Part shown: positions 8,216-17,188 of the stretch, in pieces
Position numbering within the stretch: the first letter of the stretch is position 1
Layout of the letters: the number at the start of each line of letters is the position of its first letter
NCBI GenBank assembly: GCA_964635905.1
Contig: CAZWPK010000001.1
Span: forward strand, 437,096 to 501,095
Direction of reading: 5' to 3'
Length of the DNA: 64,000 nt
Origin: an uncultured Pseudomonadales bacterium
Lineage (GTDB): Bacteria > Patescibacteriota > Microgenomatia > UBA1400 > UBA12028
Position numbers and translations under genes: made by a program
Notes under the pieces: generated by a model
Database searches by the model: none
Told to the model about the DNA's origin: nothing
Seen by the model: only the letters and a program-made list of their open reading frames with translations

Positions 8216-10852
8216 GTGGTGAAATTTTTGCATCGTTTACTTCATCGTCAAAAAAAGAGACTCTCTTCTTTTTCCAGGTCTGGATTTCGAACTGCGACAC
8301 ATGGGGATTTAAAAGGGTTAAAGATTGTCCGGATTATTTCCATGCTGTTTTTAGGCGGGGTGGTTACTGGTATGATTGGTTTCCTAATTGTGGCTACGAT
8401 CCTTTCCTTTACTCTTCCTAATCCGCAAAATGTGATTCGGAATGAGGGCTTTAGTACGAAGATCTTGGATCGAGAGGGCAACCTTCTCTACGACGTGTTT
8501 GATAATGAACGCATTGTTCCCGTGGTAAAAGACGAGGTTCCCCTCTATTTAAAGCAAGCAACAGTTGCAGTAGAAGACAAGGATTTCTATAAGCATGCAG
8601 GGTTTGATCCGTTGACTCCGTTACGCATGATTCAGAACCTGATTTTCAAACATCGTTTGATTGGTGGATCTACCTTAACCCAACAATTGACTAAAAACAG
8701 ATTGCTGGATAGTAGTCGCACTCCAACGCGTAAGTTTAAGGAGCTTTTACTCTCGATGCAGATTGAGCAAGCTTTCTCCAAAGATGACATTTTACTCCTC
8801 TATCTCAATGAAACGCCGTACGGTGGAAACTCCCGCGGAGTGGGTGCTGCCGCAGAACAATACTTTGGCAAGAAAGTCTCGGATCTCACCTTAGTGGAAT
8901 CCGCGATCCTAGCTGGTTTGCCACAACGACCGTCCGTCTATTCGCCACTGTTTGGACAGAAAGATGAAAATGGAGTGGGATACTGGGTTGGACGTACCTA
9001 TGCAGTCCTTCGTCGCATGCGGGAGGATGGATATATTACTGAGGATCAAGAGAAATTTGCGCTTGATGAATTAAAACTAAAGACATTTGATCGACCAGCG
9101 GTGGAGATTAAGGCCCCGCACTTTGTCTTTTATGTTCGTGATTTGTTAGAGGAAGAGTACGGGAATCAAGTGCTAGAAACTGGTGGATTGAAAGTAACGA
9201 CCACACTTGATCTGCGTCTGCAACAGGAGGCTCAAAAAATTGTCCGTGAAGAGATCGCAAAAGTGGAGAAACTGCATATTACCAACGGATCTGCGATGGT
9301 CATGGATCCAAAGTCTGGAGAAATCCTCTCGATGGTGGGGAGTAAAGACTTTTTCTCCAAAGATATTGATGGTCAATTCAATGTTGCGGTGAACGGGCTT
9401 CGGCAACCCGGATCCTCCATCAAGCCAGTAACCTATCTGTTAGCGCTCCGACGTGGGTATACACCAGCATCGCTGATCGCCGATGTTCCTACAACTTTCC
9501 CTGGAGGAACCGGACAGAAAGATTACGAACCTAAAAACTATAATGGGAAATACCCTGGTCCGATTCAACTGCGATTTGCGTTAGGAAATTCACAAAACAT
9601 TTCTGCGGTCAAACTTCTTGCAAAAGTCGGAGTTATGGATATGTTGGGTCTTGCTTATGAAATGGGATTTAAGACCTTGGAGCCCACCGCTGCAAATCAA
9701 CGACGATTTGGACTAGCCATTACTTTAGGAGGTGGAGAAGTACATTTGATCGATTCGGTATCTTCCTACTCGTCGTTTGCCAATGGCGGGAAAAAGATTG
9801 ACCCTGTTGCGATTCTCAAGATTGAAGATCGCAGTGGCAAGGTTTTATATGAGCATAAGCCAACGAACGGCAAGCATGTCATGTCTCCTGAGGAATCCTT
9901 TTTAATTAGTCACATCCTTTCCGACAATAATGCGCGTTCTGGAGCATTTGGAGCGAATTCACAACTTAATTTTGGTGAACGTGCAATTGCGGTCAAAACC
10001 GGTACCACGAACAACTTAGTCGATAACTGGACAATTGGTTGGTCGCGCAATGCAATCGTGGGAGTCTGGGTGGGAAACAACGATAACACGTCCATGAAGT
10101 CTGTGGCATCTGGACTCACTGGTGCTTCGCCAATCTGGCGACGCATCATGTTGGATGCCATTTCCAAAGGATACAAGGATCAAGCTTGGGAAATCCCTTC
10201 TGGGGTAGAAGCAGTCCAGGTCGATGCCGTGTCCGGATATCCAGAACACGATGGATTCCAAGCGCGTACCGAGTATGTCCTGAAAGGGACATTGCCTGCA
10301 CTCCCCGATCCCATCCACACCAAACTCAAACTCTGTAGAGGACAAAACAAACTGGCATCCGAAGCGGATCTTGCCGGTGGAAACTATGATGAGAAAGAGT
10401 TCATCGTTTTGCGCGAAGATGATCCCGTAAGTACTGATGGGAAGAATCGTTGGCAAGATGGAATCAATGCCTGGATCGGTGCCCAGGGAGATACGCGCTA
10501 CATGGTGCCAACGGAAAACTGTGATAGTACCAACGCTGTCTGGGTAGCGTTTGAACCTAACCTAGACAAGAAAAACATTACGGGTAATGAGGTGGAAATG
10601 AAACTAAAAACCGCCAGCGATGGCGAGATGGATCGAGTGGAAATCTATATCAATGATGCCCTAAAAACAACGTTACGTGATCGCCCGTATGAAACAAAGC
10701 TCGTCTTGGATCCTGGGAAATATAAAGTCTACGCAAAAGCCTATCGCAAAGATGGGAAAACCGGAACCACCACCGATCAATTCATCGGAGTTGGCGGAGT
10801 AGCTTGGGATCAGTCGCCGTCTCCCACTCCAAGTCCGAGTGCAACTCCATAA
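8216..10852 (+). CDS. Class A penicillin-binding protein (transglycosylase/transpeptidase) with C-terminal Ig-like domain
   Basis: TM anchor; EDKDFYKH, GGSTLTQQ, RQPGSSIKP, SQN and KTGT motifs. Confidence 0.95.
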   Translation: MVKFLHRLLHRQKKRLSSFSRSGFRTATHGDLKGLKIVRIISMLFLGGVVTGMIGFLIVATILSFTLPNPQNVIRNEGFSTKILDREGNLLYDVFDNERIVPVVKDEVPLYLKQATVAVEDKDFYKHAGFDPLTPLRMIQNLIFKHRLIGGSTLTQQLTKNRLLDSSRTPTRKFKELLLSMQIEQAFSKDDILLLYLNETPYGGNSRGVGAAAEQYFGKKVSDLTLVESAILAGLPQRPSVYSPLFGQKDENGVGYWVGRTYAVLRRMREDGYITEDQEKFALDELKLKTFDRPAVEIKAPHFVFYVRDLLEEEYGNQVLETGGLKVTTTLDLRLQQEAQKIVREEIAKVEKLHITNGSAMVMDPKSGEILSMVGSKDFFSKDIDGQFNVAVNGLRQPGSSIKPVTYLLALRRGYTPASLIADVPTTFPGGTGQKDYEPKNYNGKYPGPIQLRFALGNSQNISAVKLLAKVGVMDMLGLAYEMGFKTLEPTAANQRRFGLAITLGGGEVHLIDSVSSYSSFANGGKKIDPVAILKIEDRSGKVLYEHKPTNGKHVMSPEESFLISHILSDNNARSGAFGANSQLNFGERAIAVKTGTTNNLVDNWTIGWSRNAIVGVWVGNNDNTSMKSVASGLTGASPIWRRIMLDAISKGYKDQAWEIPSGVEAVQVDAVSGYPEHDGFQARTEYVLKGTLPALPDPIHTKLKLCRGQNKLASEADLAGGNYDEKEFIVLREDDPVSTDGKNRWQDGINAWIGAQGDTRYMVPTENCDSTNAVWVAFEPNLDKKNITGNEVEMKLKTASDGEMDRVEIYINDALKTTLRDRPYETKLVLDPGKYKVYAKAYRKDGKTGTTTDQFIGVGGVAWDQSPSPTPSPSATP

Positions 10853-10856
10853 AAGT

Positions 10857-11156
10857 ATGTCAACTCTTGAACAACAGTATACTCAATTATTATCAACCCC
10901 GACTCGGATCGATGAGGGATCTGTTGGTTTGATATTACTTCCAACTGGTGAATGGCATTATATTGAGACAAGGTTGTCAATTGGGTTTGAGCTCTCAGAT
11001 TTGTCAGAAGTCTTATACTACTTTGCTTTGATGACAGATTCCCAAGCAGCTGCACTAGAAAAAAATGATGACGATGATTCTGATGGACTAGAAAATTATG
11101 TTAAAGAAAACTGGGACAGACTGCTTCAAAACTTAATTTCGCGAATGCGTGCGTAA
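10857..11156 (+). CDS. Orphan acidic protein (about 99 aa)
   Basis: ATG 4 nt after the PBP stop codon. Confidence 0.6.
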   Translation: MSTLEQQYTQLLSTPTRIDEGSVGLILLPTGEWHYIETRLSIGFELSDLSEVLYYFALMTDSQAAALEKNDDDDSDGLENYVKENWDRLLQNLISRMRA

Positions 11157-11187
11157 TTTGACTCTATAACAGTCGATAGCAGTATCG

Positions 11188-11664
11188 CTATACTCCATTG
11201 CGTTGATCAATGAGGCCGCCAATGAAGTTTGCGGGATAGACAAGTTTGTCATTGTCGAAGATACTCTCAGATCCTTGGTATCGTTCTACACTACCGATCC
11301 ACTGGTTGGTGTAGCGGAGTGAATCAAGGATTAACTCTTTGGGTCCTCGAAACGGAGCGTCAGCTGGCATCTTTTGAAGCGCCTGACGAAGGATCGCATA
11401 GACGGCATCGGTGTTTGCCTGGGGTTCTACCCAGCCATAGTAGACCATAATCCAAACGGGCTTCCCTTCCAAGGAGACTACTAAACGCCCTCCGTATGGT
11501 TCGCCACCAAAGAAATTATCATGACTGGAGAACGCACCTTTTGAATAAGGGATTGTCGTGGAACCATCTTTCTCTTTGATCCACTGCTTTTCTTCTCCCG
11601 TAGCATAGCCGGCTTGATTAGAATCTAATAAGAATCTTTGTAGCTGATTGACTGACAATTTCAT
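11188..11664 (-). CDS. DUF5680-like protein
   Basis: SHDNFFGGEPYGG, WIMVYYG, PFRGP; close homologue at 59734-60204. Confidence 0.8.
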   Translation of the reverse strand: MKLSVNQLQRFLLDSNQAGYATGEEKQWIKEKDGSTTIPYSKGAFSSHDNFFGGEPYGGRLVVSLEGKPVWIMVYYGWVEPQANTDAVYAILRQALQKMPADAPFRGPKELILDSLRYTNQWIGSVERYQGSESIFDNDKLVYPANFIGGLIDQRNGV

Positions 11665-11666
11665 AG

Positions 11667-11996
11667 CTAGCTGCGCTTTCGCTGTTCAAGAAGGCTATTG
11701 AATGCGACAACAATTTGTGCCGTTGTGGGATTTTCCGGTAATTCAAGCTGAAGTCTATTTTCAGTTGCAGCCTGATTGAGAGCTGCAATCACAAGTGTCC
11801 TGAACTTTTCGATATTTGGAAGACTTCGTTGTTCTTCATCCATGACAGTTTTCGTTTTGATCAGAAACGCGTCACCCATTTTCTCAAGTACAGTTGGATT
11901 TGAGGCGGTGGGTAAGACGTTAATGAAATGATGTCTCAGGGCTAACGAAATTCCTTGGCGGAGCTTTCGGTGTTCTTCTTGTTCAACTTTTGGCAT
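11667..11996 (-). CDS. Orphan hypothetical protein (109 aa)
   Basis: Tightly packed between pheT and the DUF5680-like gene. Confidence 0.65.
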   Translation of the reverse strand: MPKVEQEEHRKLRQGISLALRHHFINVLPTASNPTVLEKMGDAFLIKTKTVMDEEQRSLPNIEKFRTLVIAALNQAATENRLQLELPENPTTAQIVVAFNSLLEQRKRS

Positions 11997-12001
11997 AGGT
12001 G

Positions 12002-14023
12002 TTATTGCAGTGTACCGACTAAGGTAAGCCCCGCGGATGTGCTAAGTGCGTCGATAATGGTTTTTCGAATTTGGGTTGCATCTTCTGCTGTCAGTTGTTT
12101 GTCGCCAGCATAAGTTAGAGAGAAAGTTGCATTATGTTTGTAGATATCCACAAACTCTACATTCGTCACCAATGGGATTTGACGTATGGTATCAAGAATC
12201 ACTTGCATGGTGGCTGTGGGTGGTACGGTGAATGTTAGATCCTCCGTAATTGGAGTGAATTTGGAGGCAGCCACAACAGTCGGATAGGCTCGTGCCTTCG
12301 ACAATACCGTTCTCCAGTCCAAATCAATAATGCAAATATTCGTATAGTCTGAGTGTGGCAAGGTTAGGAAGGTTCCTATGGATAGTCCATCATCATGAAT
12401 GATCGTTTTGAAAGGACTATCGGTTTTTTGATAGCTTGGAGCGCTCAGATAGAGGTGGGATAGGACTGCAGACACCATACCTTTGGCAAATCTAGCGTTC
12501 CCTTTAAAGCTGAGCGTCAGGTGTAACTCTTCTGTTGGAAGAACAGTGTTGGAGGCAGTCGTTGCGGTGGAGGGAATGTAGACATTAGCGAATTCAAAGA
12601 CCCCAAGTTCTTTTCGAGTCGACGATTTCAAGAGTACAGAAAGGTGGGAAACCCACAGTGTTCGGCGTAAAAACACCATGTCATCGGTGAGAGGGTTTTT
12701 GATTTTTACGTGGGTTTTTTGTATGTCGGCTGTCGTTGCAACAAAGGCAGACTCCACAAAACGAGATTCTAGAGTTGCCATCTCTTCACTAATCATTGAA
12801 TAAGTGTAGAGTTCGGTGGCTCCTAGGGTTGCCAGCAATTGTTTGACCGCATGTTCGGTATCGAAACGATCATTCGTTGGAACATAGGGAATCTCACCCG
12901 GCATGAGGACCGATGGCAGATGATGGTATCCGTAGATACGGGCGACTTCTTCAATGATATCTTCGGGGATTTCTAAGTCCGGTCGAAAGCTCGGAGGTGT
13001 TACGCGATACGCATCCGCAGTGATTTCCACCTGGCACCCTAAGTTTTCCAGGATGGACTGCACCGTTGTTGCGGGTAACAAGACACCCAAATAGGCCTCA
13101 ATGCGCTTGGTGGGTGTAGACACTAAACGCGGAGCACGACTACCAGGGAAGTCGTCGTAGCGCTCACTAGACAGTGATCCACCAGCGAGGCTTGCGAAAT
13201 ACGCTACTCCTTTGTCAAACACATCAGAGGCGAGGGTGGGATCAACATTTTTTTCAGACAGCTGCGCGGCCACGGTTCGAATCGCATGGGTCATGGAGGC
13301 AAAACGAACTTTGGCAGGATCCAGAGTTTCCATCCAAAATAAGACGTTTTTGGTATCATCTTGGATTGCGGTGTTCTTTGTTCCCTTGATAGCGGGGAGA
13401 TCAATAATGTCCCCTGCTTCATTTTCAAACACCACCTCCCCGCCCACGGTGGTAAAGGTTTCACCATCAATGATTTGAAAGGTTTTTCCGGCTTGTGCTT
13501 CTTTTATCAGGATTACTCCTCCAGTCTGCATCACCTTGTCATAGTCAAAAGCATGACACGGATGGCCAAGGTCATGGGTGATGTAATTCGTGATGTCGAT
13601 GACGGCGTCATGCACATTAATGCCAACTAAGCGGAGGCGTTGTTGCATCCAGTCGGGTGCAGGGGTTTTTGAAACTCCCGCAACCACCTGACAGAGGATG
13701 CGTTTACACAACTTGGGGTCATTAACGATTCTAGGAAGTGGAAGGGTTGACGTGAACGCAGGGATAGTAGTTTGTAGCGGTTTTAGGCTTGAGGGAATAC
13801 CAGCCTGGGATAAGATGACTGCCATTTCGCGGGCTACTCCTCGAACGGACATACTATCCACGCGGTTGGTGGTGACTTCAATATCGTAAACGGGTTCATC
13901 CTCAATCGTGTGGATGCGTTCAATCGAAGGACCGGAAAGAGAGACTAGTCGCTGAATTTCTTGTGGAGTGGCAGTGGTTTCTAGATGATCAAGTAACCAA
14001 GAATGCGGAATGAGAATATTCAT
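12002..14023 (-). CDS. pheT: Phenylalanine--tRNA ligase beta subunit (short form lacking the B2 OB domain)
   Basis: DIEVTTNRVD, PPSFRPDLEIPEDIIEEVARIYGY; follows pheS. Confidence 0.95.
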   Translation of the reverse strand: MNILIPHSWLLDHLETTATPQEIQRLVSLSGPSIERIHTIEDEPVYDIEVTTNRVDSMSVRGVAREMAVILSQAGIPSSLKPLQTTIPAFTSTLPLPRIVNDPKLCKRILCQVVAGVSKTPAPDWMQQRLRLVGINVHDAVIDITNYITHDLGHPCHAFDYDKVMQTGGVILIKEAQAGKTFQIIDGETFTTVGGEVVFENEAGDIIDLPAIKGTKNTAIQDDTKNVLFWMETLDPAKVRFASMTHAIRTVAAQLSEKNVDPTLASDVFDKGVAYFASLAGGSLSSERYDDFPGSRAPRLVSTPTKRIEAYLGVLLPATTVQSILENLGCQVEITADAYRVTPPSFRPDLEIPEDIIEEVARIYGYHHLPSVLMPGEIPYVPTNDRFDTEHAVKQLLATLGATELYTYSMISEEMATLESRFVESAFVATTADIQKTHVKIKNPLTDDMVFLRRTLWVSHLSVLLKSSTRKELGVFEFANVYIPSTATTASNTVLPTEELHLTLSFKGNARFAKGMVSAVLSHLYLSAPSYQKTDSPFKTIIHDDGLSIGTFLTLPHSDYTNICIIDLDWRTVLSKARAYPTVVAASKFTPITEDLTFTVPPTATMQVILDTIRQIPLVTNVEFVDIYKHNATFSLTYAGDKQLTAEDATQIRKTIIDALSTSAGLTLVGTLQ

Positions 14024-14026
14024 AAC

Positions 14027-15121
14027 CTAAAATTGTTCCAGTAATTGCAGGTCTCCGTTGTACAACATGCGAATATCATCGATATGTAAGCCCGGACGTA
14101 ACGTATACGTTCGCTCGATTCCCCAGCCGAATGCAAAGCCAGTATAGATCTCTGGATCTAGTCCTCCAGCTCGTAGGACATTGGGATGGACCATGCCTGC
14201 GCCACCCACCTCATGCCAACCCGATTTACAAAATCGACACTTTTCCCCGCTGGATAATGTGCCAGTTCCATCGCAAATCGTGCAGGAAAAATCGACTTCA
14301 AAGGAGGGTTCCGTGAACTGGAAATGAAAGGGACGAATGCGGGATTTGGCATTCGGTCCATAAAAGGAGCGCGCAAAATGATCAATCGTTCCTTTGAGGT
14401 GTTGAATGTTGATTCCCTTGTCCACCACTAACCCCTCAAACTGATGAAACATGGGGGTGTGGGTTACATCGGACTGTCGACGGTAGCAGCGGGCGATATT
14501 AATCATGCGAATAGGAGGATTTTTGAGTCGCTCCATTTCCCGAACTTGTCCGTTGGAGGTGTGCGGGGTGAGAACGACCTTGCCTCCCGCTATATCCGGA
14601 TGACGACAGCGTGGATTGATGGGATCATAGGGAATATCTTTTGTGGTTTCGGGAAGATCGATAAAGAATGTTTCCCATTCATCGCGGGCTGGATGATTGG
14701 GAGCCATGTTGAGAGACTCAAAGGCATACCAGTCCCAGTCAATTTCAGGGTACCGTACCCGCGTAAAGCCGATCTTTTCAAAAATTTGTGTGACTTCATG
14801 AATCGCTTGGGAAACGGGATGCACATGCCCAAGATTCAATTCTATCCCAGGTAGAGTGGGATCCTGCAATGTAGACGTAGCTGTAGACTCTGTGGTTTCC
14901 CCGAGTTCTTGGTTGAGCCATGTTTTTAAATCGTTGAGTGCAATCCCAGCTTCCTTGCGATCTTTGGGAGGTAATTCTTTGAGTACGTTGGTGAGTTCCT
15001 TAAACTTCCCATTCGCTCCCAGATAGGTGGAACGTTTTTGCACAGAATCCGTGGTATCGTTTGCAAAATTTCCCTTTAGCGTGGATATGGATTGGAAAAG
15101 TGTGTCAAGTGAAGTACTCAT
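14027..15121 (-). CDS. pheS: Phenylalanine--tRNA ligase alpha subunit
   Basis: HPAR, THTPMFHQFEG, FQFTEPS, GFAFGWGIER. Confidence 0.97.
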   Translation of the reverse strand: MSTSLDTLFQSISTLKGNFANDTTDSVQKRSTYLGANGKFKELTNVLKELPPKDRKEAGIALNDLKTWLNQELGETTESTATSTLQDPTLPGIELNLGHVHPVSQAIHEVTQIFEKIGFTRVRYPEIDWDWYAFESLNMAPNHPARDEWETFFIDLPETTKDIPYDPINPRCRHPDIAGGKVVLTPHTSNGQVREMERLKNPPIRMINIARCYRRQSDVTHTPMFHQFEGLVVDKGINIQHLKGTIDHFARSFYGPNAKSRIRPFHFQFTEPSFEVDFSCTICDGTGTLSSGEKCRFCKSGWHEVGGAGMVHPNVLRAGGLDPEIYTGFAFGWGIERTYTLRPGLHIDDIRMLYNGDLQLLEQF

Positions 15122-15360
15122 AGTCTGCTCCCGAGGCTTATGGACATCACCTGAGAAAATAAATGGGTATTTATTTCAGATAACGTTACAAATCCCTCAT
15201 ACAGAATCTTTGCATCATCGCGATTTAGTGATTCGAGTTCTGCTTTATACGATGCTGGAGTCTTATGTCTAACTTTCCAAGAAATGAAACTTAACCGCAT
15301 ATCTTCATGATCAGAAGTTGACTTCCAGTCTCTCGCGAGTGATTCCAATGTACTTGCCAT
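15118..15360 (-). CDS. Orphan hypothetical protein (80 aa) between the pheS attenuator and pheS
   Basis: ATGA overlap with pheS. Confidence 0.65.
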   Translation of the reverse strand: MASTLESLARDWKSTSDHEDMRLSFISWKVRHKTPASYKAELESLNRDDAKILYEGFVTLSEINTHLFSQVMSISLGSRL

Positions 15361-15386
15361 AGTTTCATTTTATCAGCTAATTGTAT

Positions 15387-15441
15387 AAAAAAACCTCCAT
15401 CGTGTGGAGGTCATTTGTTGTAGCACACCTTACCCTCCACA
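15387..15441 (-). promoter_or_regulatory. pheST attenuator (terminator/antiterminator)
   Basis: Terminator ACCTCCA-CACGA-TGGAGGT plus U-tract; upstream TGTGGAGG can pair with CCTCCACA. Confidence 0.8.
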
Positions 15442-15492
15442 TTAGCGGTGGTTGGTAAAGAAAAAGCAGCTTGCTTTGTGTGCTGTATGCAT
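15442..15492 (-). CDS. Phe-rich leader peptide MHTAHKASCFFFTNHR (PheM-like)
   Basis: Three consecutive Phe codons; stop abuts the antiterminator arm; TTGCAA and TGnTAGGAT promoter elements upstream. Confidence 0.75.
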   Translation of the reverse strand: MHTAHKASCFFFTNHR

Positions 15493-15551
15493 ACAACCAT
15501 TATCCTATCAAAGGAACGTTCTTTTGCAAGATGAAGAATCGTGAAGGCATT

Positions 15552-15582
15552 AAAAAGGATGTGCCGATTAAACACATCCTTT
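15552..15582 (-). terminator. Intrinsic terminator after rplT
   Basis: AAAGGATGTG...CACATCCTTT inverted repeat with U-tract. Confidence 0.8.
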
Positions 15583-15600
15583 CATTGTTTTCGTTGTGAT

Positions 15601-15954
15601 TTAGCCACGAACTTGGCTCACGATCTTCCCGAAGGATTTTTCGTCTTTAAGAGCAATATCTGCCAAGACCTTGCGATCAAGCAAAATATTTTTCTTTTTT
15701 AATTGATTGATAAATTCACTATAGCGAATTTTCTCATCAATGGCTTTTAAGGCTGCATTCAGACGAACGATCCACAGTTTTCGAAAATCACGCTTGCGAA
15801 GTCGTCGACCTGCGAACGCATACTGACCTGCATGCAAATCAGCTTCGATTGCAACTTTAATCAATCGGTTTTTAGTCATCCGGTACCCTTTGGTACGGGC
15901 TAAGATTTTTTTGTGGGATCGCCGTCGGGCGAATCCTGTTTTAACACGTGACAT
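15601..15954 (-). CDS. rplT: 50S ribosomal protein L20
   Basis: MSRVKTG, RKRDFRKLWIVRLNAA, LDRKVLADIA. Confidence 0.97.
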   Translation of the reverse strand: MSRVKTGFARRRSHKKILARTKGYRMTKNRLIKVAIEADLHAGQYAFAGRRLRKRDFRKLWIVRLNAALKAIDEKIRYSEFINQLKKKNILLDRKVLADIALKDEKSFGKIVSQVRG

Positions 15955-16001
15955 AGATGTCCTTATGTACTTTGGTTATTAAGATCTATTAATTGTTTCT
16001 G

Positions 16002-16199
16002 TTAGGCTAATCCAAGCATTTGCTTGATCTTTTTGGCGAATTTCCCTTTGACTTCGACGGGTACTCTGTAGCGTCGAATTGCCTTCTTACTCTTGTTCAT
16101 TCGAAGGTGTCGTGAGTTTTGGCGTCGTCGCATCACTTTACCGGTCGCGGTAATTTTGAAACGCTTCGCAACAATTTTACGTACTTTCTGTTTTGGCAT
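16002..16199 (-). CDS. rpmI: 50S ribosomal protein L35
   Basis: MPKQK...KRFKITATGKV; between infC and rplT. Confidence 0.95.
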   Translation of the reverse strand: MPKQKVRKIVAKRFKITATGKVMRRRQNSRHLRMNKSKKAIRRYRVPVEVKGKFAKKIKQMLGLA

Positions 16200-16207
16200 A
16201 AAGCTCC

Positions 16208-16762
16208 TTATTCTTGTGATTCTTCATTCTCTTCCGTTGTTTTGCGCTTTTTTACAGGGGCTAACTGCATAAAAGCATTTTTCCCGACTAACCGTGCGGG
16301 TGATTCCACTTTTGAGACATCATCGAGCAACTCCGTTGCTTTGGCAAAGATCGCATCGCCAAAATCCTTACGGGTGATTTCTCGACCCTTGTATTTTACT
16401 ACAAGCTTTACTTTGTCCCCACCTTCGAGATACTCTCGTGCTTTTTTGATTCGAACGTCAAAATCACCTTTGGCAATAAAGGGGGTAAACCAGATTTCTT
16501 TAAGCTCAATATTTTTACTTCTCTTTTTGTCGTCTTGCTGTTTTTGCTGTAACTGATACTTAAACTTGGCAAAATTGATCAGCTTTGCAACCGGTGGTTT
16601 TGCACTCGGAGCAACTTCCACCACATCGACATCCAGTTCCGCAGCTTTTGCCAGGGCTTCACTTTTCGTCATCACGCCCAACTGTTTTCCAAACTCATCC
16701 AGAACACGCATTTCTGATGCCTGGATAAATTGATTTACCTTAAAAAATACTTTTTTTGACAT
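16208..16762 (-). CDS. infC: Translation initiation factor IF-3
   Basis: EVAPSAKPPVAK, GDKVK, KGRE. Confidence 0.95.
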   Translation of the reverse strand: MSKKVFFKVNQFIQASEMRVLDEFGKQLGVMTKSEALAKAAELDVDVVEVAPSAKPPVAKLINFAKFKYQLQQKQQDDKKRSKNIELKEIWFTPFIAKGDFDVRIKKAREYLEGGDKVKLVVKYKGREITRKDFGDAIFAKATELLDDVSKVESPARLVGKNAFMQLAPVKKRKTTEENEESQE

Positions 16763-16774
16763 GCAATCCTATCC

Positions 16775-17107
16775 TCAACGGCCAAGCCGCTTTCTTGAAG
16801 GACTTATTGTACCAAAACTCTCGACAAAAATACAGGAGAAGAGATACGTTAACAGAATATAGGCTAAAAAGAGGGTGGTGGAGTCTACCGGAGAGAGTGA
16901 TCCGGTAAAAGAATATCCCCCATCCCCTGCTCCTAAGGGTTTACTGGCCGAGGATATTTGGGTGTAGAAGAAGCGATACCAGGATGTGGGAAGGATGCCC
17001 ATGTACGCAAGTGAGCTGATCAGATAGAAAAGCAAAAAGGCAAACCAAATAGCGATCTTGGGGAGAGTCGGTTGAAGATAACGCTTGAATCGAGTGGTCA
17101 TGCGCAT
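16775..17107 (-). CDS. Small two-TM membrane protein between the infC leader and infC
   Basis: Two hydrophobic helices; starts just after a U-tract hairpin. Confidence 0.65.
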   Translation of the reverse strand: MRMTTRFKRYLQPTLPKIAIWFAFLLFYLISSLAYMGILPTSWYRFFYTQISSASKPLGAGDGGYSFTGSLSPVDSTTLFLAYILLTYLFSCIFVESFGTISPSRKRLGR

Positions 17108-17186
17108 ACAAAAACGGGTAGGAGTGCTTACGTTCCTACCCGTCTATCTTACACTTTTTCTGACTGATTTCGCAGGGGTGATCACC
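17108..17186 (-). promoter_or_regulatory. Terminator after thrS or putative L20-leader-type attenuator
   Basis: ACGGGTAGGA-loop-TCCTACCCGT plus TTTT upstream of infC-rpmI-rplT. Confidence 0.55.
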
Positions 17187-17188
17187 AA

